From Somniosus microcephalus (Eukaryota): a DNA stretch of 64,000 nucleotides. Below are positions 37,830 through 51,525 of the stretch, piece after piece; positions within the stretch are counted from its first letter, which is position 1; each line of letters opens with the position of its first letter. The notes under the pieces were generated by a model. That model saw nothing but the letters and a program-made list of their open reading frames with translations, had not been told where the DNA came from and searched no databases. The position numbers and the translations under genes are program-made. The DNA lies in contig CM126207.1 of the NCBI GenBank assembly GCA_052327205.1, forward strand, positions 51,770,001 through 51,834,000, given 5' to 3'.

Positions 37830-38240
37830 CAGTTTTTCCCCCTAGTTTTCTCTCTCCCCAACCCCCACAAAAAAAGGCTCTGACTCTTGCTTAGTGTGGT
37901 TAAATGGGCACCAACAGCCCTCTGATACCTCACCCAAATCACCATACTTTCTGTGCGAGTCCAGACAGAAAAGTAATCAACCATGGAGTGCCTCACAGCC
38001 AATTCCAATCCTGTCCTTATCTGATGTCCGTACACTTGCACTTCCCAGGAGGAGTCACTGGATAACAATCAGGAGCAGGAACTCTGGCTGATTTTTTTTA
38101 TGCCCAGGTACCTGGAAGGCAATATTAGCACTCCCCTAACTCAACATGGAGTGGGGATCAAAGCTGAGACCTTATGATCGGAATGTTTTGGTACCACATC
38201 AGTTGGTGCATTTACCCAGTTGGCCATCGGAGGTGCATCA
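37830..38240 (-). mobile_element. LF-SINE-like element
   Basis: cactggataacaatcaggagcaggaactctggctgatttt is the reverse-complement homolog of about 22155-22195. Confidence 0.5.
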
Positions 38241-41200
38241 GTTTCTAGAGGTTTTTTTTCCTGTTATATGAAAGTTGTTTTCTTCTTGCACTTTACCCCC
38301 AACATGTCATTCTTGATTGAAAAAGTTGTAAAATTTGTGTTCCTGGATCATTACCTATGATGCTGTTGAACTAGTTACTGGGAAACGCTGAACAGCAGCA
38401 TGAGTTCACTTGCCCTAGAATTTTCCTCAGGGAATGGTCTTTTGATTTGATATTCCCTTGGAATGCCATGGCTGAAGTCACTGGGAAGAATTCATGGTCT
38501 ACCATGGTGCCACAATGCACAAACATAACATATTATGGCACTTGGCTGCCTGGTGTGGATATAGTTTAATTATTGGACAACACTAAGAAATTCTTGCCAT
38601 TGAACTTTAAAAAAAAATATATAAACATCAGTGTTTAGTTTTAATTATATTCCTATAAAGAACTGCAGTGTAACTAGAAAATATTGCAATTTCAGTCTGT
38701 TTTTCTGTGGTGTTACTTTCATTTGTCAGGAAAGGACAGTAAGATGTGAACATTTTAAGTATTATAGATGGTGTTTTCAGTTCTTTGGGTTTTTTTTTAT
38801 TAAGTTAATTCAGATGCTTGGCCTGTTCAAAAATAAACCAATATTTTTCTCTGAATTTCAGCAAGTTTTTATGAAGTCATTTCACTTTGTGCAGATAATT
38901 TTGTTTAGTTTTACTTTTTATCAATTTAGCATTTATAAAGGGTTCCCAGCATTGAAATGTGACCCATACAGAATTAGGTACAGTAGTGACATTTTAAATT
39001 CATTTGGAGACATCAACAATAACAGGGAAATCATAAAATGGGGAAATTATTGCAGAAGTATAAAAGGTATTTATAGTAGGTGAGGAGCTATGTTGGGAAG
39101 TTATTAGAAAACATTGTATTGTTATTTGAGATTCTGTAACTAGCAGTAACAATTCTGTAGCTATAGACCATATCTTGTTGATAGTTATAACTTTACTATG
39201 GTAATTACTCAGAGTTCTGTAGTCTACTAGTAAAAGACCACAAGATAAATAATTATGCACTGTTGAAAGCCAAAGCCATATGCAACATTCTGTGCTGCTT
39301 TTATATTTAGGTTTTAGTTATCAATCACAAAAGCCAAATTGGTGCTAGTAAATACATCTGATTGTTTCCTATCATTGCTTTTATTCTTGTCTGTACTGTA
39401 TGTGTCTTTTTGAATGTATATTGTGTGCCTTTTTGTGTTCTTAATCTGGGATGCTAATTGCAGTATTACTGTATTTGTGTATGTACTTTCTGCACTTTAA
39501 ATGCAGCATTACTGTAAAAAGAAATGCAGTTACTGATGTAAGATTTTTAAATCTTAAGTATGAAGACTGCAAGTTCATTGCCACTAAATGTTAAGTATGC
39601 TTTAAAAAATAACAGCTGATAGGATTGACCTGCATTAACATTCCATAGTTTCTGCTACTTTAGCAATCTGTAAAACATGATCCATCTCTTGAGGTAATGA
39701 GTTAATTAAAACTCTTGCAGTTGTAATAGTATTTTCAGAAATTAATTGTTCCCTCAAAACTCATCCCATAACTTCTAATATGACTATATTAGCTTCACAA
39801 AAGGTTTCCAATTATTTATGCTGAGTGTGAGCTCACTAAATGCATTTAAACTGCCCGTAAGTATCATTCCATCTTTTTGGTTTACAGGCTGATTCTCTTA
39901 AAATAAGCCTTAACTTCAGATACTTTTTTGAAATATTTTTTCTAACGTATGTAGGTCATCTTTAGTGGCATGTTAACCTGTTCTTTTACTGAATGGCATA
40001 ACGTTTCAGTACTTGCCTGTAAATTACTTAAACTCTGCAGGTTATTGCTGCATCTTAATATAAAGTTGTCAGATATTTAAAACAACTTTGTCAAATTTGC
40101 AAATGTTAACGTATAGTCAGATCTACATGTGATGGAATACAGTTTTACGCCCTAGGTCCAAATGGACAAAAAATATATTTATTTGTGTTCAAACTTGCAG
40201 GTAATTTTTGATTGTATTTAAATGTAAGCAACAAATTAGAACTTGCAAATGATGAATTGTTACGATTTTGCTTCCACCAGGGTTGTATATGGATCTGATT
40301 GTGCATGAAATTCTTGCCTAACTATATATTCCTGGTTAAAAGCAGAACTCCCAATTTGTTCTTAACTTAGTCGGCGCTAATGCCATCATTCTGGTTATAA
40401 AGCATGTCTTGTTTTCACTAAACCTTAGTATTTCCCTTATCTACTGATTTATATCACTGCTTTTAAGATAAAATAATTTCGGATTGACTGACTGCAAAAG
40501 AGACTTGTTTAGTTCAAAAAAATTAAAATGAACCCAATAATGCTACTGTTTTTCAGTTTTCACTTTCAAATGGAAGAATTAATTGAAATGCTGGCATAAT
40601 TGGCAACAAAATGAAACACGGCACTGTTACATTACTATGTGTAGAGTGCAAGTGCTCCTAAGTCCTTATTTGTGACTATCATTGGTCTCTTTCTAAACTA
40701 AATATCCAACCTACTTCAGTAAACTATGCTTAAGATTTTGAGTTCTGAAGAAATTATTTTTTTAAACTTTTTAAAATCAGTTTCATAGCATTACAGTTAG
40801 ATTAGTATGATAGGAACATGAGATTAATTGAATTACATCAATATATGGCAGTGATTTTAATTATTTTGAAAATGTTAAATTAAGATAAATTTAATTGATT
40901 AATGAACCGTTTATAATAATGTATACCATCAACTAGAATATGCATGTGGTCTGAAAAATGCTGTTACAATTTTGGTTAGGTTTGCAGAAATGGGGTTGGT
41001 CTTTGTTTATTTAAGGTATCTTGTTTATTCACTTTTGCCAATTGGTTCTCCTCTTCCCACTCTTCTTGACTGTTTCCAAACTCAACACACACCATCTACG
41101 ATTGAGGGGACAAGCTGCTCCCAGCCCCCCCTCGGTGCCTTTCAGAAGTTAGCTCCTACAGGATGTGTAGCAATAGCATCAGGGGGTGTCTCCTTTGCAT

Positions 41201-42734
41201 TTTCCTTCTGTTTGTGGGTTTGCACTGGTCTCTATTTGGTGCTTGTCCAAAGCAATGCTGATAAGATTCAGAATTTGGTAGTTTAGGAAATTGTGGTCAC
41301 ACAAATACAAAGTACCATTAAGTGGTGAGATGAAGCTTTGATGCTCTGCTGAGCTTTCAAACCTCTGCTGTATTACTGTGGCGTGTCAGTGAGTAGTGTT
41401 TCCCCACAGGGAGAAAAAATAAAAGGGAGAGTATTTCCTGGGTTGTTGATTCATGTGTAGCTTGAGTGATTCAGAGCAACATTGGTGGAGGCCTGGCAGC
41501 AGGGTAACCATGGACTGCAAAGGCAAAGAGGAGGGAAATGTTTTTGGGGGTGGAGGTAAAATTAGAGGGTAAATAACTTCCCCAAAACGTGCACACATAT
41601 CTTAAGTGTGGAATAAGTGGTGAACTAAAGAATTTGGGAAGATTTGAACCAAGTGTTTAAAGGTTGAAGCTATCATTGCATTCTTTCTTATAAGCTGTCT
41701 CTTGATTCTTGCACTCTTGATTTCAATTTTGCTGCTCTGAGGTTCATGCAGGTACAGTAGTATTACCTTGTGTGGTGTATATATTTCTTTTTCTCCCAGT
41801 ATTGTAAGCTATTTACTGGTCATTGCCAGAAATTCTTGTATATGTCTTTTTTTATATCAGTATTTTAAAATTAGCCTCCTTTTATGCTGTTTCCAAACGT
41901 TTTTATCTAAATCTGTTGACACCCAACATCTTTTTTGAATTCTCCACAAATTAATTATTTTAAGTCAGTGAGAGATGGCAAATTATGCTCAATAAACATT
42001 GTTATAGTGCTAGCTAAGTTATATTGAAAAATCCCATTAGCCTTTGATATTTTGACACTTTCAGCATTGTGTGTATGTTTCTATATTTCCCCTTTGTTGT
42101 TGATAGTGAGATATTCTATGGAGGATGATGAATTACTAGGTAATTTACCATCCCATGAAGTGCCATGTCCTAGCTCTAATTCAAAAATTAAAAACTCTGT
42201 AAATACAAAAAATACTGACTATCTGATGCAGGGTTGTCATACACAAATTTGGACTCGAGATTCAATTCGGGAGCAAATAATTAAGTTTAATTCTTGAGGT
42301 TTGATGTCATCTGAGCTTCTTGATTGGATTCTGTCCTGTAGTCCACTACATTGCCCTCTGTAGAGTGGATCAAAGTATACTGCTGTATTTGAAAAGTTAT
42401 CCTCCTACCTCAGACTATAGCTGTTTGACATGCCTTGCCAATACTTTGCAAAACATTTCACAAAGAAAATATCAGCAGCAGCTTTTATAGCATCTTTAAT
42501 GTTTTACATTGTTGAAGATATGCTGGCAATGTTTGGATAAGTAGGAGGGAAACTACATGAAGTCAGTCCCATCGAGGTGGACTATACAGGAGAGATGATG
42601 TCATAAAATGGAGCGTTTGATCGAGTTGAATATTGCAGAAAGGTCAAGGGTTAATGTATCAGTGTCACAAATGGCAGTGTTGGTTTTCACCAGGGCCGTC
42701 TCCATGCTATGGGCAGCGTGGGAGTCAAACTAAA

Positions 42735-43170
42735 GGGACATGAACAGAGACAGTTATGTGGAAAGACTGGAGAAGCTGGGGTTGTTCTCCTTCAATCAGA
42801 GAAAGTTAAGGAGAGATTTAATAGAGGTGCTCACAATGATGAGTGGTTTTGATAGAGTAAATAAGGAGAAACTGTTTCTAATAGCAGGTGGGTCGGTAAC
42901 CAGAGGACACAGATTTAAGATAATTGGCAAAAGAACCAGAAGGGAGATGAGATTTATTTTATGCAGCAAGTTATGATTTGGAATGCACTATCTGAAAGGA
43001 TGATGCAAGCAGATTCATTCATAACTTTCAAAAGGAAATTGGATACATACTTGAAAAAGAAAAATTTTCAGGACGATGTACAAGGAGTGGCAGAGTGGGA
43101 CTAATTGAATAGCTCTTTCAAAGATCTAGCACAGGCACGATGGCCTCCTCCTGCGCTGTAAGATTCTATG
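42735..43170 (+). mobile_element. CR1 3' fragment
   Basis: ORF 42740..42976 has SYVERLEKLGLFS...DLIEV...TRGHRFK; the tail ends tggcctcctcctgcgctgtaagattctatg. Confidence 0.85.
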
Positions 43171-43180
43171 ATTAGCAATA

Positions 43181-43507
43181 CAGGAAACTTTGGTTTATCC
43201 GGAGGTTGAATGTCCGGAAACCTCGATCCACCGGCAGAAATCAGGAGCCGTTTTGTTAGGTTTTTTTTCTTCTCGTGGCTTTTTTTTTCAACAGTCAGGC
43301 TCTGCAAAGTCTCTCTGAAGCTGTTGCTAAGCTACAGAGACGCTTCCAAGGTTACGGGCCGACTGTTTAGAAGCTGTTGCTAAGCAACAGTGTTTGTTGC
43401 CAGATACGGAGCTGAAAACCTCCGTATGCTTCAACATTAGCGCTGGTTTGTCCGGCAGTTTTGATAGATCGGCAACAGCTCAGTGCCGGATATCACAAAG
43501 TTTCCTG
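43181..43507. mobile_element. Tc1/mariner-type MITE (copy 2, inverted relative to 552-870)
   Basis: TA|CAGGAAACTTTGGTTTATCCGG ... CCGGATATCACAAAGTTTCCTG|TA; the interior is the reverse-complement homolog of copy 1. Confidence 0.88.
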
Positions 43508-43818
43508 TATTTGTGTTCTGGATTAATTACTTCAACCACAAAAGCATTCAGTAGATGTTCAGGATAAATTGACACAATAATTATACAAAGAACGTGCATG
43601 TTTATAATAATAAATAAAGGAAGAAGCAGATTTTATAATTCTATGAATCACAATTTATTTTGTTTTTAATTTTGTGGAGTTTACAAAACCTATTGTATAG
43701 CGTGTACTGTAGATCTTAGTTGGTTGTACAAATTAAAATAATATTTTTGAAATACAAATTTATTGTATCAAATTATTTGCTTCAGTGACTCAACAACTTT
43801 TTAATTTTTTTATTGCAG

Positions 43819-43919
43819 GTGATGCGACCTACCAGGATATTTTCAGAGACTTTTCCAACATGGCCTCTCATAACCCTGAAATATTAAACCGATTCCAGCG
43901 GCGATCAGAGACTGATTAA
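43819..43919 (+). CDS. ACAP2: ACAP2 terminal coding exon (GDATYQDIFRDFSNMASHNPEILNRFQRRSETD*)
   Basis: ttgcag|GT ... TAA at 43917-43919; matches the ACAP2 C-terminus GDETYQDIFRDFSQMASNNPEKLNRF. Confidence 0.95.
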
Positions 43920-46900
43920 TTTTTACTGCATTCCTCACCTTGAGAGCTGCAATCATTCTTTTGGTGCAATCATCTTGAAGCATATTCATCAGTTCATTTC
44001 ATTATATATACCAAAAATAAATTGAAGTTTTGAGTTTTAAAGAAAACAATTATAAATGAAGGAGCTTTTGCTTATATATCTACAAGCAGCTGCAGTGATT
44101 TATTCTACTCTGGAGTACAGTGTCTATGCAAATACCCAACCTTTGCGTTTTCTATTTTGTTTCAATGTTGAGTTGAAGCTAAAATCTTCTGAGGTGTTTT
44201 CACCACTGGGAGATGTGCAAATAGAATGGGTGTTCAAGTTGAACAGAAGTTCTGAAATTTTGTGTGCCCAAATTATCGGAATAATAATTCCACTTCTATA
44301 CTCAGCCCATGATTTTCCATCCATTAAGCTGAATGGTCAGAAAGTCATGAACACCAAGTATTTTTACCCCATTATCTTTAAAAATTGCTCTAAAACTATC
44401 ATAGATACTGTGATGATTCAGCTGCAATGTGTACATCTCTGAAAAGGGACACACTGGTAATATACAAGTGCTGTTGGGAGCAATAAATTCATATTAGGAC
44501 TGTGCCCATTTTAAATTGGTTTCCTTTTACAGAATAGAAAATGCCGTTTGTCTATTGTTTCAGGAAATATTTTATCACATTTTTAAAACTTTGTACATTC
44601 TTTATCTCATTCAAGAAACTTTAATTTGTAGTTTTTTATATATCTTGTTTTTAAATACTTTGCCTTCTACCCACAGTTGGTTACAATAAATAGCTACTGA
44701 TTTGGTGTACCATGTACATAACTTATATCTAATTTTATTTACACCTAAACATAAAATCCAGTGTATTAAGATAAACTGCTCATAGGAATTGGGATTACTG
44801 GATGACTAGCTGCATATTGCACCATTGAATTGAATTAATTTACGTAGTGAACAGTATATCGTCAGCAACAGACCAGTTTTTTTTTTTAGTTCATATCTTC
44901 CGGATGGAAAACAAATCGATTGTCTAAATTTCTGTACAATACCCCTGATGAATATAAACAAATGTTGCCTACTTCATTGCCAACAATCAAACCATCTTGA
45001 GTACATGGAAATGCAAATAAGTTAATATTCTTAATTGATTTTGTTTACCAAAGTTTAAAGAGCTAGATGATGGCAGCTTTTTAAATATATTGCCATCTAT
45101 CAGTGCTACTACAAAAGTAACACCTGGTGTATCCCATGTTTTTATGCTATAAAAAGCTAATGATAAGTAGAACTTTTTGAAATTAAAATAAAACATGCAG
45201 AATAAGGCTTCCTGGAAAATCACATTTTTAATCCTTTTTTTTCCTGCAGAAGTAATATAAATATATCAATAGATGTTCCTGTGAAATTTCAGAATATGTT
45301 CAGAGATGGATAAAACTCAAACTTTTTTGGTGATGCAGTTTTCTATTTTGTTTTAGCTGTTGTTTTGTTTTAGTACATTTGTACAAAAGAATTTAAGTAT
45401 ATCATTAAAACCTCAAGGAAAATGTATTGAAAACATATGAACTACATTATAAGCTTCAAAGCAGTTGAGCATTGTAACATGTACATTACTTGTGTTTCAG
45501 TTTAATGTTTGATGTGACCTTTTGTGATGCCAGTAAGCATTTGAAACTGCTTTTTGGCCAGTAAGCATTAGCGTGTGGAGTTATTGTGGATTTGGCACAT
45601 AATCAGATCCGTTCGATCCAAAGCTGCACAATACTTCCCCGTAGTTTTGAAACTGAAATAAATGTATTCATTCTCATTTGTTAATGGAATTGCATCTCGT
45701 AGTATATTTATTGTATATATCAACTTTTCTGTATTGAGTATTTTTGTTCACATTGTAGAATCGTTATATAAAAAGTTCCCCACAAGCTTGTACTACTTTA
45801 CATTCCATGAACGGAAACTAAATATGCATTTAATATTTAAAACTGCAGTAGGTCTTTTGTATTACAGAGGCTGCATTACATTTTTGAGGTTTAACTTACA
45901 ATTTTCTAGAATTTTTGAAGTAGGTCCAGGCTGATATTGTCCAGAATCCCAACATTTTCTTTTGTCTGGCGAGCATTAATAACGTGGAATGGAAGGAAAA
46001 GTGGGGGAAGTAAGGCATTATAGGAAAGTTAATGTATGCTGTGGGTTGTACTTATTTCTTTTAAGCCAGTTTTTGCATGCACCCTGGGGGGGAAAAAAGG
46101 TTTCTGCAAACCATAATGTCCACAGTAACTAACTACAAGCATGATGGTTCAGCCAATTCTTTGTGGTTGTCATTGCACCTTTCTGACCGTCAGTTTACAT
46201 CTTGGTGGGAATCACCATTTACATCTGCAGATATGGGTATCATAAGTTCTTAGCTGCGATGTGTTCCTGTGTTTCACAAATAGAGGATTCCTCTAACTGT
46301 TGGAAAAAGTGAGTGTGATCTCAAGTGTGAGCACCTACAATTAGTATGTTTTGGATCAATATAAGAACTGCAGTGGAAAATAGTTTTTTAAACTTGTACT
46401 TTCCTGCCATATACAACAGACTAAGGAGCAGTCCACAAAGCTGGCAATGAGTTACAGTAAGCTACAATGCTGGAGTGTCGGCCTGTTCATTGGAGGCCCA
46501 AGTTCAAATCTCAGCCTTGATTTACGATTCCAGTTCAGATTTTGTATAGGTACAAGTTTGACTATTTTGACAAAAGAAAATAGTCAGGGGAGGTGTCCAT
46601 TCCCATGTAACTCAAATGCCTATCAGTCAGCTTGACTGAGGAGCAGCATTGTCTGTTTGCATAAAGATGCTTGCCCTATTTTCTCAACTTTGGAGGATAG
46701 CATGATGTAAAGAGAAATAAGCGATGGGTTAGATTTTCCATTCATTCATAATCCAAATCTATCCATAAATACTCAATAGCAAATCATGTAAATACTATTG
46801 CATTTTGACAAACTGGTAAATAAATGTACCAATAAGGTTTTGTGTAGCCAGCCTTTGCTGCTGTTTAAATAGAGAATGGTTTCCTGTACATAGTATTGGA
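43920..46900 (+). other. ACAP2: Probable ACAP2 3' UTR with multiple poly(A) signals
   Basis: AT-rich and free of recognisable TEs. AATAAA at 44016, 44482, 44685, 45657 and 46819. The end point is uncertain. Confidence 0.6.
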
Positions 46901-47049
46901 AAGAATGTAATGAAAATAGTGTGAATGTATGCGGAACCAAGCTAACCATAAGATAAATCAAAGTACACAACACATTGGTACTCTTGTTTATAAAAAAAAA
47001 AAAAAACAAAGTATGGAAAAAATAATTTCCCCCATATTATTGAATTAAT

Positions 47050-48400
47050 GGCCTGGATTTTGCGGTACGCCATCTTAGTACAGTACCTTTGAAATCCACC
47101 GCAAGTTCAGGATTTAAGCGCATGCTCTAAATCCTGAACTTGCTGTCTGGCAGTGTACAATTTGAAAGGCCATCCGCTCCGCATCTGAACCTAATTTCTG
47201 CCGCAGAGTTGGGCTATTTGCCCACCAACTGCCCAGCAAATGGCCCAGAAATTTGGGTCGGAGGCTTCCCGCGGGTGCAAGCCTCCGACCTGCACTTACC
47301 TTGCGTGCCGGCTGTTGAGCTGTGGGCCCGCATGGGATTCCGATCCTGGGCCTGCTCCAACTGTCGGCGCGCAGTGCTTGCATATCCCAGGAGCACAGTT
47401 AGTTCAATGCGTCCCATGGGATCACGTGGGCCATGGAGAGCCAATGGTAGCAGGGAAATGACCATTCATAAAATTGACAGGAAGAGCTGTCAAAACCATA
47501 AATACTATAAGCCCCAAAAATCACTAAAATTTCAAATTTTTTTTTTTTATATCACTTAAAATAACTAAATTATATAAAATAATTATTTTAATCAATTTAA
47601 ATTTTTGAAAAAATTATATTTTCTAACGGGGCTAAAAATAAACTTACCTTTCTTTAAAGTATTTAAAAATAATAAACCTGTGGAAATTTTTTTTAAATTT
47701 TAATTAATTCACCACTTACCTTGTTAAAAGCAGGCCTTGCACCTGCTTTTTATATGTGTAACTCCTGGCGACTTACCCTCCCGGAATAACCTGGGGAAAA
47801 AAAACGTAAGTTCAATGCGCACGCGCTGCCTCTCCGGCGCACGCATTCCACCTCTGAACCCCTTCTTTCAAGGGAACGGAAGTTCCGGTTTCCCGCGCAT
47901 GCGCAGTGCATGCACGAAACCGGCACTTCCATTGGACCTACGGGTGAGTACCCCGTGCGTACTCGCCCGTGGAGACCCGAATTTCTGGGCCATTATGTTT
48001 GGAAATTTTATGGCTGGTGGAAACGGGCACAGGGTCTGTTTCCACAGCGTAAGGAGATAACTGAGATGAGAAAAATGCATTTTTTAATTAAATGCTTTAG
48101 AAGCTTTAATGAGAAGCAATCCTAGTATATGTTAAAGCTGTAGGTTTTTAAAAAAAAATCATAAATACTGTGCAGAAAGTTGATTAGAAGTGTAAATTAC
48201 GAGTAATAAATTGGATTCCCACAATAAAAGCTAAATCTGATAGTATTTTAAACGCTTTACTAATGAGTATTATAGTAATTTTAATGAATGAATGATTCTG
48301 TTTTATGATTGGAGGAGCAGGCCCACGTGATTCCAGGTACGCCTCTGCACAGGCTGCGTCCCTGGGATCCGTGGACCATTACGCTGCCCTCCGACACGCT
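47050..48400. mobile_element. Outer Harbinger-type element hosting a nested MITE
   Basis: Left end AAT|GGCCTGGATTTTGCGG; the right end is not resolved. Confidence 0.4.
47242..47991. mobile_element. Harbinger-type MITE
   Basis: 18-bp TIRs GGCCCAGAAATTTGGGTC / GACCCGAATTTCTGGGCC (1 mismatch), flanked by AAT and ATT. Confidence 0.8.
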
Positions 48401-48471
48401 TATGTGGGAGGAAAAAGGCATGATATCAGTAAGCAATGATGATCAAATTTTACAAGTGGAATAAAAAAGAA

Positions 48472-48860
48472 AGACTTGCATTTATACAGCGCTTTTCACA
48501 ACCCCCGGACATCTCAAAGCGCTTTGCAGCTAATGAAGTACTTTTTGAAGTGTAGTCACTGTTGTAATGGAAATGTGGCAGCCAATTTGTGCACAGCAAG
48601 GTCCCACAAACCACAATTGAGATAATAAATTGATCTGTTTTATTTATGTTGGTTGAGGGACAAATGTTTCCAGGACACCAGCGAGAACTTCCCTGCTCTT
48701 TGAAATAGTGCCATGGGATCTTTTATGTCCACCTGAAGGGGCAGACGGAGTCTCAGCTATCATCTCATCCGAAGGATGGCACCTCCAACAGTGCAGCGCT
48801 CCCTCAGTACTGCACTGGAGTGTCAGCCTAGATTTTGTGTTCGTCCCTAGAGTGGGAACT
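48472..48860 (-). mobile_element. Deu-domain SINE (SacSINE1/AmnSINE-like) with L2-type tail
   Basis: ccctcagtactgcactggagtgtcagccta, aaatagtgccatgggatctttta, and tail gacttgcatttatacagcgc. Confidence 0.8.
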
Positions 48861-50239
48861 AATAGAAAATTAATAAGCTGATTATGATGTGCACAAATAA
48901 TGCAAGTTGGGAAACAACAAGCTGTGATTGTGCTAAGGGTGGCTGTGGTGTGTCCCTTTGTAACTCAAGAGGATAAGTGCTGTGGCCAAAGGATTATCTT
49001 CATTTTCCTCCATGAGTGCAATCTGGTTATATTGTAAATGCAATTACTGCCTCAATCCCAACATATGTGAGAACTGTGACAGATCAGACTTTCAAGGAGC
49101 TATCTTGGGGTATTCTAGAAGGTATGCAGGATACATGTGCTGTTGCTAATACATCCCAAAGGAGGAAGTTGCAGCATGTAAATGGGGAAGAAACATTATC
49201 AGAAAAGATGTATACAGCTCCTTGCTGGGAGCAGTGTATTGAATGAGTCTACTTGTGTGGAGAGAGACAACAGCACCCTGACTTCAAAATATAAGCATAC
49301 TAAGCAACATAACTACCATAAGGCAACTGTACTCCCATAATCTGATTAGCTGCAGAGAGATATCTGTAGAAACTGGCAAACAAAGTCCATAAATCAAAAG
49401 ATACAAGTCAATGTTGCATGTTGAGTTTCTTTTGTACCAATTATGTGCATTTCCTATTGTTTGTAACACTTTGGTGTCACACTAACTGCAAATTTCTGTA
49501 TCATACCAAATATTCCCCACCTCAATTGAAATTTCTTCCACTTGATTGACTGATATGCAAATTAATTAATTATGATTGAAACATTAATTGTAAGTCAGTT
49601 ATAAGTTTAAAAAGATGAGCCCATCAAATCGCAAAACACTTAATTTCTTTTGCCTTTTCCACTAAAATTTATCCACTATGTTGAAGGCCTCCACCTCTTC
49701 CAAAAAGCTTGTGTGGACTTGAGGATTTTTGCTTTGAGCTGTGCAGTTATTAGCTGAATTTAGATTGTGCAGTCTAAGCATCTTGATACCATGTTTAGGC
49801 AGGCCAGTAAATGAGCAGCCTGCCCACCTGAAACGGGTGTAGTGCTTAAGTATGCAAATCAAGGTCCTATGCCAGTTGTGACTAATTGGTTAGCTCTTTC
49901 AAAGAGCCAGTACATGTACAATAGGTTGAATGGCCTCTGCTGTGTGATGTAAAATTCAGGTACAAATGGCTGGAGCATGCACTATATACACTTACCTAGT
50001 TGTACTAGAAATTGAGCAGCTGAACAAATGGACCTTAAAGGGACTGCTGGAGAATGCTAACAAAATGAGGCCCAAGAAATTTGAGTTATTTTCTTGGGCC
50101 CACAAAAAAACTCTCGCCCATTCAAGGCCCTTTCAGTTATCACCTCCCAATTTCTTGCCCTCCTTGACAGGTTCAGGCTTCAGGCAGGCCTGGAGCTGGA
50201 GCTGTGTTGACTTTTGGGGGCAAGTAAAATTTCTCCCCC

Positions 50240-51525
50240 ATTGCCAAGAACTAGCCAAGCTGTCCAGTACAGCTATAACACTGGCATCTACCCTACAATG
50301 TGGAAAATTGTCCAGGTATGTCCTGTCCATAAACTGCAGGATAAATCCAATCTGGTCAATTACCACCCCATCAGCCTACTTTCAATCATGATGGACAGTG
50401 TTGTTGACAGTGCTATGAAGTGGCAATTGCTCACCAATAACCTGCTCACCAATGCTCAATTTGGGTTCTGACGACTACTCAGCTACAGACCTCTATAGCC
50501 TTGGTCCAAACAAGGACAAAAGAGCTGAATTCCTGAGGTGAGATGTGAGAGACTGCCCTTGACATCAAGGCAGCATTTGACTGAATGTGGCATCAAGGAG
50601 CCCTAGTAAAATTGAAGTCAATGGGAATTGTCTTCAGTGGCTGGAGTCATAACTAACACAAAGGAAGATAGTTGTGGTTGTTGTTGGCTAACCACCTCAG
50701 GCCCAGAACATTGCTGCAGGAGTTCCTCAGAGCGGTGCCTAGGTCCCACCATCTTCAGCTACTTCATCAATGACCCTGCTTCCATCACAACGTCAGAAGT
50801 GGGGATGTTTGCTGATTATTGCACAGTGTTCAGTTTCATTTGCAATTCCTCCAATAATGAAGCATGCAGGAAAACCTGGACAACATTCAGGTTTGAGCTG
50901 ATACGTGGCAAGTAAGTTTCATGCCACACAAGTGCCAGTCAATGACCATATCCAACAAGAGTGTGTGTAATTACCTCCCCTTGACCGTCAATGGGATTCC
51001 CCCACAATCAACAGTGACCAGAAACTTAACTGGACCAGCCACATAAATACTGTGGTTACAAAAGCAAGTCAGAGGCTAGGTATTCTGCAGTGAGTGTCTC
51101 CCCTCCTAATTCCCCAAAGCCTTTCCACCATCTACAAGGCACAAGTCAGGAGTGTGATTGGAATACTCTCCACTTGCCTGGATGAGTGCAGCTCTAACAA
51201 CACTCAAGAAGCTCAACAACATCCAGCACAAAGCAGCCTGCATGATTGGCACCCCATCCATCACCTTAAACATTCACTCCTTCCACCACTGGTGCACCAC
51301 GGCTGCAGCCTGTACCATCTACAAGATGCACTGCAGCAATTTGCCAAGGCTTCTTTGACAGCATCTCCCAAATCTCTACCACCTAGAAGGACAAAGGTAG
51401 CAGGTACATGGGAACATCACGGACTGCAGCGGTTCAAGAAGGTGGCTCACCACCACCTTCTCGAGCAATTCGGGATGGGCAATAAATGCTGGTCTTGCCA
51501 GCCACGTCCCGTGAATGAATTTTTT
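50240..51525 (+). mobile_element. CR1-clade LINE family copy 3 (3' half, decayed)
   Basis: NYHPISLLS, QFGF, GPTIFSYFIND, MFADY, MEYSPLAWMSA; same 3' tail as copies 1 and 2. Confidence 0.85.

Noticed and set aside
38631-39260. 150-aa and 86-aa ORFs
   Set aside because: Low-complexity F/I/K-rich translations of AT-rich UTR or intron sequence, with no domain or splice support.
16585-43919. Calling the gene ACAP3 because of its ACAP3-like segments
   Set aside because: The constitutive exons match ACAP2 better, the terminal exon is ACAP2-type, and XXYLT1 lies directly downstream as for human ACAP2.
46992-47006. A-run as a processed-transcript poly(A) tail
   Set aside because: A genomic homopolymer with no TSD or retrocopy; relevant only as an internal-priming artefact.
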